A DNA stretch of 64,000 nucleotides from an uncultured Rhodospirillaceae bacterium. GTDB lineage: Bacteria; Pseudomonadota; Alphaproteobacteria; Rhodospirillales; UBA2165. The stretch is taken from positions 25,851 to 89,850 of the forward strand of contig CAZMHI010000011.1 of the NCBI GenBank assembly GCA_964566055.1, given 5' to 3'. The stretch's first letter is position 1, and each line of letters begins with the position of its first letter. Positions 14,695 to 23,016 of the stretch are shown in pieces. Below the pieces are notes generated by a model. It ran no database searches. It saw nothing but the letters and a program-made list of their open reading frames with translations, and was not told the DNA's origin. A program made the position numbers and the translations under genes.

Positions 14695-15792
14695 TCATTT
14701 TGACGGCTCAGAAAATCGCGGATCACTGAGGAAAGTTTTATCGGTTAGTGACGATAAAAAAGAAATGAGATCACCCTTTTCTATTGGGGTTAAAGTGAAG
14801 CCTCTAACAAATACGCTTTTATGCCGATTAGTTCGTCCCGGTCCGCGCCCGCCGGCGGCATAGATATCAATAACGCCGCCAAGAGTTGGCACGCTGCCGT
14901 CATGCATATAGGGAGCCGTCACAGCGACATTTCGTAAGCTCGGTGTGCGGAACCGCCCCATATCTTCCGGCTGTCCTGTATGGCCATAAAGCCCAGTATT
15001 TCCAAGCGGATAGGCGCCTTTGCCGTCCAAATTGTAAAGGCCAGTATTATGAAAGGCGATTTCCTTGAAACCGAGCCCGGCATAAGTGAGCGAATCGGTA
15101 AAAAACGGCGCCGGATGGCAGCGAAAGCAATTTAACCGCGTACCAAAAAATAGCTTTGAGCCACGTTTGGCTGGCGGTGAAAGATTATCCCGGTCATAAG
15201 CTGAATTAGCCGTCACCAAACTACGCTGGAAACTCGCCAAAGCCTTGGCCATATTTTCAAGCGATACCGCTCTACTATCGCCAAAGGCTGTTTGGAACAT
15301 TGAGCGATAGGCCGGATCTCCCTGCAGGTATTTGATAATTTCCTGCTCTTTACCAGCCATGCCCATTTCAACCGGCTCTGTTCCCAACAGCGGAATAAGC
15401 AATTGCTTTTCCAAACGGGTCAGTTGCGGCTGCGCCCAGGTTAGGACTGACAGGTAGGCGACGTTACCGAGGCTTGGCGTGTTGCGAAAATGAAGCTCGC
15501 CCGTGGCACCTTGAGCGGTAACACGGCCATCAGTAAAGGCACGCGCTTGTTGATGGCAGGTCGCACAGGCCATATTGCCGTTAAACGAGAGCTTTTTATC
15601 GTAAAATAAATACCGGCCAAGCTCAACTTTGGCCACTGTTAGCGGATTGCTGGCAGGAATTACGGGTTCAGGCAGCCAGGGCGGCAGATTCCATTTATAG
15701 TCTGCATAAAGATTACGCGCCGATAAAAGAACAATGAGGATAAACAGCGAAAATAGGCTGGCTCTAAAGCATACCTGTGCATTCGACGACAT
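14695..15792 (-). CDS. Di-haem cytochrome c peroxidase-family protein (MbnH/CCP-like)
   Basis: Two CxxCH motifs (CATCH, CFRCH) in CCP-like spacing, with a signal peptide after the ATG at 15792. The track ORF extends to 15873, but that part overlaps the upstream gene. Confidence 0.7.
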   Translation of the reverse strand: MSSNAQVCFRASLFSLFILIVLLSARNLYADYKWNLPPWLPEPVIPASNPLTVAKVELGRYLFYDKKLSFNGNMACATCHQQARAFTDGRVTAQGATGELHFRNTPSLGNVAYLSVLTWAQPQLTRLEKQLLIPLLGTEPVEMGMAGKEQEIIKYLQGDPAYRSMFQTAFGDSRAVSLENMAKALASFQRSLVTANSAYDRDNLSPPAKRGSKLFFGTRLNCFRCHPAPFFTDSLTYAGLGFKEIAFHNTGLYNLDGKGAYPLGNTGLYGHTGQPEDMGRFRTPSLRNVAVTAPYMHDGSVPTLGGVIDIYAAGGRGPGRTNRHKSVFVRGFTLTPIEKGDLISFLSSLTDKTFLSDPRFSEPSK

Positions 15793-16813
15793 CAATTTCG
15801 CCTTTGCCTTTGATTTCCATCTTACCAAGCATCTTACCTTGGCATTCACTTTCGATCTCCAGCCAAGAATCATGGGTCATGGTGACCGCTCCCGGATTGC
15901 CGGCGCCAGCCATGCGGGCGGCGACATTGACCGTATCACCCCAGACATCAAATTGATATTTCTGATCACCAACAATACCGGCAACCAGTGGGCCGGCATG
16001 AACGCCGACACGGACTTTCCAGTCGGCGCTAACTTCAGGGGCGGCGGCGGCCATTTCCAAACCGCATTTTACCACAGTCAATAGAGGCTCATAGTCCGGA
16101 TTGGTCAGACCCGCAGCTGCCATATATTCATCACCGATGGTTTTAATTTTTTCCATTTTGTATTTGCTGGTAATTTCTTCAAACTTAATAAATAGCGCCT
16201 GCAGGCCAGTGACGACTTCTTCGGCTGACCTGCCACTGCAATAATTGGTAAAACCAACAATGTCGCAAAACAACATGCCGATCTTATCATAACCGCGCGG
16301 TTGCACTTTACCGGTGGCTTTAAGTTCACTGGCAATACCCGAAGGTAAAATCACAGTTAGTAATTCATCCGCCTTTTTCTTTTCGGTACGGATTTGCTCG
16401 AGATGAGATTTTTCCTGGTCACGCAATCTCTTTTTTTCAACACAGGCGCCAAGCCGCGCACGCAGGATAGTCGCATTGAAGGGTTTGGCTAGATAATCCT
16501 CGGCTCCTAGCTCGATACATTTTGCAATGCTTTCTGAATCTTCAACGCCCGAAATCATAATCACTGGTATGTGGCGGTGGTTAAGATCAGCCTTGATCGA
16601 ACCCAGGACTTCAAAGCCGTCCAATTCCGGCATTTCAATATCCAGCAACACGATATCGAATTCATTCTCCTGCATCATATCCAGAGCCTGGCGCCCGTTT
16701 TCTGCAAAGGACACGTTGGTATAGCCTTCGGCATCAAGCAGCCGCTTGATTAAGGTGTGATTGAAGGGCTCATCATCGACGACAAGCAGGGAGGATTGAT
16801 CACCTTCGGACAT
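15764..16813 (-). CDS. Response-regulator receiver fused to a class III adenylate/guanylate cyclase
   Basis: REC domain (LLVVDDEPFN...DIVLLDIEMPELDG...KP) plus a cyclase domain (FCDIVGFT, GDEYMAAAG, RVGVHAGPLVAGIVG, WGDTVNVAARM). Confidence 0.85.
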   Translation of the reverse strand: MSEGDQSSLLVVDDEPFNHTLIKRLLDAEGYTNVSFAENGRQALDMMQENEFDIVLLDIEMPELDGFEVLGSIKADLNHRHIPVIMISGVEDSESIAKCIELGAEDYLAKPFNATILRARLGACVEKKRLRDQEKSHLEQIRTEKKKADELLTVILPSGIASELKATGKVQPRGYDKIGMLFCDIVGFTNYCSGRSAEEVVTGLQALFIKFEEITSKYKMEKIKTIGDEYMAAAGLTNPDYEPLLTVVKCGLEMAAAAPEVSADWKVRVGVHAGPLVAGIVGDQKYQFDVWGDTVNVAARMAGAGNPGAVTMTHDSWLEIESECQGKMLGKMEIKGKGEIDVVECTGML

Positions 16814-16853
16814 TCAAATTTCCTGGTATCGGGTTATATATATATGGTTCGGT

Positions 16854-17276
16854 CTAATTGCTTTTCATTGCGGGTGATTTAATTGATTTTAATATTCTGC
16901 CTTCCAGTGACTTTCGCGAAATCGGTTTTATGAGGTAGCCGTTTATACCTAGATTCGCCGCCCCCCGCACAGTTTCTTCATCAGCGTGACCAGTGAGAAT
17001 AAGAATAGGAACGGAGGGATCTAGGCGTTCATCCGTTGAATTTCGAACCTGTTTAACAAATTCAAATCCATTCATCTCAGGCATTTCCAAATCACAGATT
17101 ACCAGATCAACTTTACTTTTAGCTGATAACAATAGGCTCATTCCTTCACGGCCATTGGCGGATTGAGACACCACCCCGACACCAATATCGCTTAAAGTCC
17201 GTTCTATCAATTTACGCATAAAGGCTTCGTCATCAATGATTAGGATATGTAAATATTTAAAATCTTCTTGGTTCAT
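16854..17276 (-). CDS. Single-domain CheY-like response regulator
   Basis: 140 aa. REC signature (ILIIDDEAFMR, DLVICDLEMPEMNG, KP). Confidence 0.85.
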   Translation of the reverse strand: MNQEDFKYLHILIIDDEAFMRKLIERTLSDIGVGVVSQSANGREGMSLLLSAKSKVDLVICDLEMPEMNGFEFVKQVRNSTDERLDPSVPILILTGHADEETVRGAANLGINGYLIKPISRKSLEGRILKSIKSPAMKSN

Positions 17277-17314
17277 AACAATCTCACCCTAAATTCTTTT
17301 GGAGCATTTTATAT

Positions 17315-20245
17315 TTATAAGGCATTTATATATTCGATTACATCGCTGATCGCTGTATCAAGTTTGGGTGCCTCCAGGTCAATGGCATCCCAGTCATCAG
17401 CTTTACCGGCAGTTTCGAGACTTAAGCATAAATCAGCCAGATAGTTGGCACCAATTGCCCGTGACGACGATTTTAATTTATGCGCCGCCGCCGCGACCTG
17501 TTGGGCTGAACGCTCTTCGTAGGCAGCCTTAATTTCTTCGACATTGGAAGATCCCGGCTCGATAAACTCGTTCAATATTTCCTTGAACGTCTCATCATCA
17601 TCTCCGAAAACATCTCTGAGTGCAGCCGGATCAATGGGGCCACCATTGGTCTTGACGTCAACTTCATCCGCTACAGTCTCTGCCGCAGGTTCATCAACAT
17701 CTTCAATTTCCTGGTCCTCTAATGACGGTGGTTCATATTCAATAGGCTGGGCTGTTGCCGAAACTGGCATCCATTTGCTGAGCGCCTGTTTAAGCTTCGG
17801 CATTTCCAGGGGCTTGGACAGATAGTCATCCATACCTGCTTCCAGGCATCTTTCTGCTTCACCTTGCAAGGCATTTGCGGTGATGGCGATGATGGGAAAG
17901 CGTTCATCCAAATCATCTTCCCGATTGCGGATTTCACCGGTCAATTCGTAGCCGTCCATTTCCGGCATGTGACAATCAGTTAGCAAAATTGCATAGTTCT
18001 TTTTTTGCCACGCTTCTAATGCCAGTTGGCCGTTATCATACATCTCAACTGCATAGCCGAGCATATTCAACTGCCGTTGAATAACATCCTGGTTGGTAAG
18101 ATTGTCTTCGGCGACCAAAATAAGCTGGCCCATTTCTTCTGCTTGTTCCACGGTCGGCGCCACTTTTTTTGCCGTATCGGTTTTTTCCTCTTCTTTTTTG
18201 ACTTCGGGACTGGCCCGTCCCGCGGCCACTGCCACTGCCGAAATAAAAGAAGGGCGGCGAATGGGCAGGGCATCCAGGGTAACGGTACCCGGATCATCAA
18301 TGCGGGCGCCACGCCGCCAATAGGGCCGCATCATGACAAATTTACTATTTGCATTAGCCTCATATTTTTCGAACATCTGTTTTATTTCAGTTTGCTCGGT
18401 TTCCTCAAAATCGATACCCAGTACAACGACGTCATAGGTTTCATTATTGAACGTCGCTTCGGTAATCTGTGAAGAAATAGTTTCCCGTTCCTCCCAAATT
18501 TCAACATCAGCCTGCCAAAATCTTAGATAATCGGATAGAAATTCGGCATATTCCTCAATTTCAGTAACCAACAATATGGTCAGACCATCGAGATTTTTAT
18601 CTTCGCTATCGGCAGTGTCGCGGTCGCTGGGATCATGGGGAATTACGGTATAAAATTCGGAACCTTCACCAATAGTGCTATTTACCGCCACATCGCCGCC
18701 CATCAAATTGGTCAGGCGCACACAAATGGAAAGACCTAACCCAGTACCGCCATATTTCCGCGTGGTCGAACTTTCCGCTTGGGTAAAGGCTTCGAACAGT
18801 TTTTCCTGGGCTTCCTCAGTAATACCGATACCGTTGTCACCAACCGAATAGCGAATGTAAATCTTACCGTCGTCATCATCGGCGTCATTTTCAACCCGAT
18901 CCGCCCGGATAATCACTTTGCCACGCTTTTCATCCGTGCTTTCGGTAAATTTTATTGCATTACCGGCGATGTTAAACAAAATCTGGCGCAATCTGACCTG
19001 ATCAGCCATGACGAATTCCGGAATATTGGGATCTATATAGGGAATAACCAGTAAATCTTTTTTGCTGGCATTCGGCACGAGCGTATCGACAACACCTTGC
19101 ATCATATCGCGGATAGAAACCGGGATTATATCCAGTTCCATTTTGCCTGCTTCAATTTTAGAGAAATCAAGAATATCGTTGATAATCTGTAGCAACGAGA
19201 AAGCTGAATCTCGGACGGTCTGCATCATTTGACTTTGATCGGTGTTGAGCTTGGTTTCGCGCAGCAGATCGATCATGCCGACAATGCCGTTCATCGGCGT
19301 CCGTATCTCGTGGCTCATGGCTGCCAGGAAGGAAGATTTGGCATTGGTGGCGGCTTCAGCTTCTTCTCTTAGTTCCTCTGCTTTCTTTCGGGAATCTTCA
19401 GCATCCGCCATCATGTTAAGAGTGGCGCGGCGGGCTTCCGCCAAATCATCTACCCGGCTGGCTAACTCGGCACTGGCGTTTTCGGCGACGTCTTTTGATT
19501 TTTCCAATTCCTGGGTGCGCTCAGCAATCGAATCTTCCAGGTGATCCTGATGGCGTTTGAGCTCATCTTCGGCAATCGCCTGACTCATTTGCATTTCGTT
19601 ATAAGCCTGAACAACTTCGCCAAGCTCGTCGGAGCTTTCCCAATTCACCTGTTCACGGATATTATCATTGCGTAGTTTTTCAATCGATTCCCGCAATCGT
19701 CCAACCGGTCGGCCAATCACTATTCGCGTGGTAAAAACTGTCACGCCAGCCAAGGTAACCGCCATGACGATTAAGATTAGAAAATCCAACAACAGCCGGT
19801 CTGCAACTTCTTCCTTAATGCGTTTGCTGTGAACCGTTAGAACCAATTTACCGACAGCTTCGGTAACTTTGCTGGTTTTATAGACCAAGGGACGATCGAC
19901 CCGGAACTCTTTGACCTCCGGCGGCGCCTTGGTATCACCAACGCTGCCAAGCTTTTCTCCAGAAGTATCAAACACCTCGGCACTTTGAATATTAGGCAGA
20001 CGGCCAATCTCAGCCAACAAGGCATTAATTTGATCGGTGTCGATTTCCCAAACGGCCGAAGCAAAGGCAGAGTCCTGGACCGATACCAGCTGCTTTAATT
20101 CATCAATAAGTTCGGACCGGCTGGACAGATAAAAACGCGCCTCAAGCACACCAAAGAGAATGACCACGCTCAAGCTGACCAACGGCAAATAAATCGCCAG
20201 CAACTTAGCAATTAGTGAATTTGGCTTGAAAAATAATGTTTTCAA
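17315..20245 (-). CDS. Hybrid sensor histidine kinase (periplasmic sensor-HAMP-HisKA-HATPase-REC-Hpt)
   Basis: 976 aa. Two N-terminal TM segments, H-box (FLAAMSHEIRTPMNG), G-boxes (GTGLGLSI), a receiver (LVAEDNLTNQ...DCHMPEMDG...KP) and a C-terminal Hpt (AAHKLKSSS). Confidence 0.9.
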   Translation of the reverse strand: MKTLFFKPNSLIAKLLAIYLPLVSLSVVILFGVLEARFYLSSRSELIDELKQLVSVQDSAFASAVWEIDTDQINALLAEIGRLPNIQSAEVFDTSGEKLGSVGDTKAPPEVKEFRVDRPLVYKTSKVTEAVGKLVLTVHSKRIKEEVADRLLLDFLILIVMAVTLAGVTVFTTRIVIGRPVGRLRESIEKLRNDNIREQVNWESSDELGEVVQAYNEMQMSQAIAEDELKRHQDHLEDSIAERTQELEKSKDVAENASAELASRVDDLAEARRATLNMMADAEDSRKKAEELREEAEAATNAKSSFLAAMSHEIRTPMNGIVGMIDLLRETKLNTDQSQMMQTVRDSAFSLLQIINDILDFSKIEAGKMELDIIPVSIRDMMQGVVDTLVPNASKKDLLVIPYIDPNIPEFVMADQVRLRQILFNIAGNAIKFTESTDEKRGKVIIRADRVENDADDDDGKIYIRYSVGDNGIGITEEAQEKLFEAFTQAESSTTRKYGGTGLGLSICVRLTNLMGGDVAVNSTIGEGSEFYTVIPHDPSDRDTADSEDKNLDGLTILLVTEIEEYAEFLSDYLRFWQADVEIWEERETISSQITEATFNNETYDVVVLGIDFEETEQTEIKQMFEKYEANANSKFVMMRPYWRRGARIDDPGTVTLDALPIRRPSFISAVAVAAGRASPEVKKEEEKTDTAKKVAPTVEQAEEMGQLILVAEDNLTNQDVIQRQLNMLGYAVEMYDNGQLALEAWQKKNYAILLTDCHMPEMDGYELTGEIRNREDDLDERFPIIAITANALQGEAERCLEAGMDDYLSKPLEMPKLKQALSKWMPVSATAQPIEYEPPSLEDQEIEDVDEPAAETVADEVDVKTNGGPIDPAALRDVFGDDDETFKEILNEFIEPGSSNVEEIKAAYEERSAQQVAAAAHKLKSSSRAIGANYLADLCLSLETAGKADDWDAIDLEAPKLDTAISDVIEYINAL

Positions 20246-20389
20246 ATTCTTACCCGAATCTACTTATCGACCGACGTGTTAATTTTACCCGTAATCCCTA
20301 TTTTATAGATTGGTATTATTTCCGTTTAACAAAGAAATTACCATTATTTTTGATAGGTTAGCCCGAATCGGCTAATAATTCAAAGCAGC

Positions 20390-21082
20390 TTAATCTTTGC
20401 CGATATCAATAGCATAGCCACCCCGGCGCACGGTTCTAATTAAATCAGCCTCGCCATCCGCATTGAGTGTCTTACGCAAACGGCGGATATGCACATCGAC
20501 TGTTCGTTCTTCAACATATATTTCGCGCCCCCAAACCAGATCCAATAACTGTTCGCGGGAAAAAACGCGGGTCGGCCGCTCCATTAAAACCTGTAACAGG
20601 CGATACTCGGTTGGGCCGAGATGAACAGCGCGGCCATTTCTTGAAGCTTTATGGGCAACCAAATCCAGAGAGATATCTGCATATTCGATTTTTTCTTCAC
20701 CAAACTCAGGATCGGCCCGGCGCAGCACTGCACGCACCCGGGCAATTAACTCCGAAGGTGAAAATGGCTTAACAACGTAATCATCAGCGCCGGCATCAAG
20801 ACCAGAAATTTTGTCGCTCTCTTCACCACGAGCGGTCAGCATGATAATCGGAATTGTTTTAAATTTCTTGGTTTCTCGCAAACGCCGGCAGACGTCGATG
20901 CCGGATAGTTCAGGCAGCATCCAATCAAGTATAATCAAGTCCGGGTCCTCTTCTTCGACCAGCAGAAGGGCTTCCTCACCATCGGTCGCCACCAAGGTCA
21001 AAAATCCTTCGCTTTCCAGATTATAGCGCAGCACTTCAATCAGAGGCGGTTCATCTTCAACAATGAGAATTCGTGTGCTCAA
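20390..21082 (-). CDS. phoB: Phosphate regulon response regulator PhoB (OmpR family)
   Basis: 230 aa with a TTG start. ILDWMLP...MLTARGEE...GADDYVVKPFSP closely matches E. coli PhoB. Winged-helix C-terminal domain. Confidence 0.85.
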   Translation of the reverse strand: MSTRILIVEDEPPLIEVLRYNLESEGFLTLVATDGEEALLLVEEEDPDLIILDWMLPELSGIDVCRRLRETKKFKTIPIIMLTARGEESDKISGLDAGADDYVVKPFSPSELIARVRAVLRRADPEFGEEKIEYADISLDLVAHKASRNGRAVHLGPTEYRLLQVLMERPTRVFSREQLLDLVWGREIYVEERTVDVHIRRLRKTLNADGEADLIRTVRRGGYAIDIGKD

Positions 21083-21132
21083 TAGCTTTAACTTTCTTTT
21101 TCATCAACGCCAATTAATTTAGGTTACTACTT

Positions 21133-22188
21133 TCAAAGCGGTAAATAGACCGTGAAAGTGGCGCCCTCGCCGACCGTACTATCAATACTTAGATGACCAC
21201 GATGGTGGCTGACAATGTGCTTTACAATCGCCAGACCGAGACCGGTACCACCAAGTTTACGCGAGCGGCCTTTATCAACCCGGTAAAAACGCTCGGTCAG
21301 CCGGGGCAATTGGTCAGGTGCAATCCCATCGCCTCTATTCTCGATCGCCACAGCGATACCGGCACCACCGATTTCCGGGATGCGCTCAACCGTTCCGGTG
21401 GTAATACGAACGGCTGAGGCTTCACGGCCATATTTAATAGCGTTGTCGATAAGATTCTGGAAAACCTCCATTAACTCGTCACGATCACCGGCCAAAATCG
21501 GAATGGTGGCAGCAAAATCAAACACCAGTTCCATTTTTCGTTCTTCCGCCCGGCCAATTAAAAGTTCCCTGGTCATTTCAAGCAAATCGATAACATTGAC
21601 CTGTTCTTGAGGACGCAATCTTTCACTGGACTCGACGCGGGAAAGTGACAATAGATCATCAATCATCCGCGCCATCCGCTGGGATTCATCTCCCATGATT
21701 GATAGAAATCTCTCGCGCCCTTCCGGATCATCTTTGGCTGGACCCTGCAAGGTTTCGATTATGCCAATGAGCGAGGCTATGGGCGAGCGCAGTTCATGGC
21801 TGACATTGGCAACAAAATCCTGGCGCATTTGTTCGGCCAAGGTCTCAGAGCTGACATCTTGAAAAACCATCAGAGCAACAGTTCCTTCTGCCGTAGCGGC
21901 GGCATCCGCAATACGAACAATGCGAATTTTTAAATTGCGCGGTACCGGAACAGAAAGGGAAATATCGACTTCCCGCATAGCTTCACCGTCCACCACTGCT
22001 TTGGCAGCCGCCAGCACATCAGGCACTTGAAAAGACAGCGCCAAATCTCGGCCATCATAATTTGCCTCGAGAACTTCTAGTGCGGCCTGATTGGCAAACA
22101 CCACTTCCCGTGCCCGGTTCAATAAAATGACCGGGTCGGGAAAAGCTTCAAGCAGATGGGCATTTAAATTGTCAATTGCTGTTGCCAA
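21133..22188 (-). CDS. PAS-containing histidine kinase, PhoR-like, without TM segments
   Basis: 351 aa. N-terminal PAS, H-box (SHELRSPI), HATPase (GGTGLGLAIVKHIV). Adjacent to phoB. Confidence 0.6.
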   Translation of the reverse strand: MATAIDNLNAHLLEAFPDPVILLNRAREVVFANQAALEVLEANYDGRDLALSFQVPDVLAAAKAVVDGEAMREVDISLSVPVPRNLKIRIVRIADAAATAEGTVALMVFQDVSSETLAEQMRQDFVANVSHELRSPIASLIGIIETLQGPAKDDPEGRERFLSIMGDESQRMARMIDDLLSLSRVESSERLRPQEQVNVIDLLEMTRELLIGRAEERKMELVFDFAATIPILAGDRDELMEVFQNLIDNAIKYGREASAVRITTGTVERIPEIGGAGIAVAIENRGDGIAPDQLPRLTERFYRVDKGRSRKLGGTGLGLAIVKHIVSHHRGHLSIDSTVGEGATFTVYLPL

Positions 22189-22281
22189 TTTCGGCCAACT
22201 CCCGATTAGTGTTCTATATCAATCCTCTACGGACTGTCCTACTCTGCCGACGGGGTGTCTGTCAAAACCTACCAGCACATG

Positions 22282-22313
22282 AAAAAACCCCCGGATCGAA
22301 AGATCCAGGGGTG
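22282..22313 (-). terminator. Rho-independent terminator downstream of the DUF1127 gene
   Basis: Minus strand reads CCCCTGGATC-TTTC-GATCCGGGGG followed by TTTTTT. Confidence 0.55.
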
Positions 22314-22378
22314 TGAAAATTAATTGGTTATTTAAATGGGTATTTAACAGGGTATTTAGGGAGGTATTCTAAGGCAGA

Positions 22379-22801
22379 TTAGGCTGCGATGTGATCAACC
22401 CAATCATTAGTTGGCCGGGCGACTTTCATGCCACCGCGATAAACCGGAAAGGTTGTTTCAGTGGAACGCACTGCCATATCGTCAAAGGCGACGCGGGCAA
22501 TTTGATCACGATTGATACCGATATCGGCAAGTTCACGGTCAGACAAACGGGCGAGTTCATCATAAGTCGTAGCGGCACTCATGCCTTGGCTGATACTGGA
22601 AAAAATTTTTCCAACAAATTTGCCAATAAAATTAAATGCGGCTTTAAACATTTGACCAAATACTTGAGCCTGAGCGAGCCGTGCATTTCGCACCAGCTGA
22701 TCAATTTCTTCCATGGTCAAACGTTCGGCTTCGTCAAAATTGACAAGCGAAACATATTCTTGAGTAGCCAGTTCAATTTGTTCTTTAGAAAGCTTATTCA
22801 T
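22379..22801 (-). CDS. DUF1127-domain protein (extended form)
   Basis: 140 aa with good SD (GGAGAA). Internal LARLSDRELADIGINRDQI matches the DUF1127 signature. Confidence 0.55.
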   Translation of the reverse strand: MNKLSKEQIELATQEYVSLVNFDEAERLTMEEIDQLVRNARLAQAQVFGQMFKAAFNFIGKFVGKIFSSISQGMSAATTYDELARLSDRELADIGINRDQIARVAFDDMAVRSTETTFPVYRGGMKVARPTNDWVDHIAA

Positions 22802-23016
22802 ATTATTCTCCTACTTTCTTGTACCCGGCTCTGATGGCCGGATCGTTGTTGCTTAGATGAGGAGTATATAGGCCTTTTAATCAGGCTCAGTTAGGGGGTA
22901 TACCGCAAAACAGCCATGCGTTAATTGCATAAGTTTAATTTTAATGTAGCAAAATCAATATGTTACAAATTTTTATAGAGCTATAATAAAATTAATAATT
23001 TTAGATTTGTATCCAA

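Noticed and set aside
22255-22275. Pho box upstream of the PhoR-like kinase (CTGTCA half-site at about 22258)
   Set aside because: Only one half-site is present, with no properly spaced second repeat.
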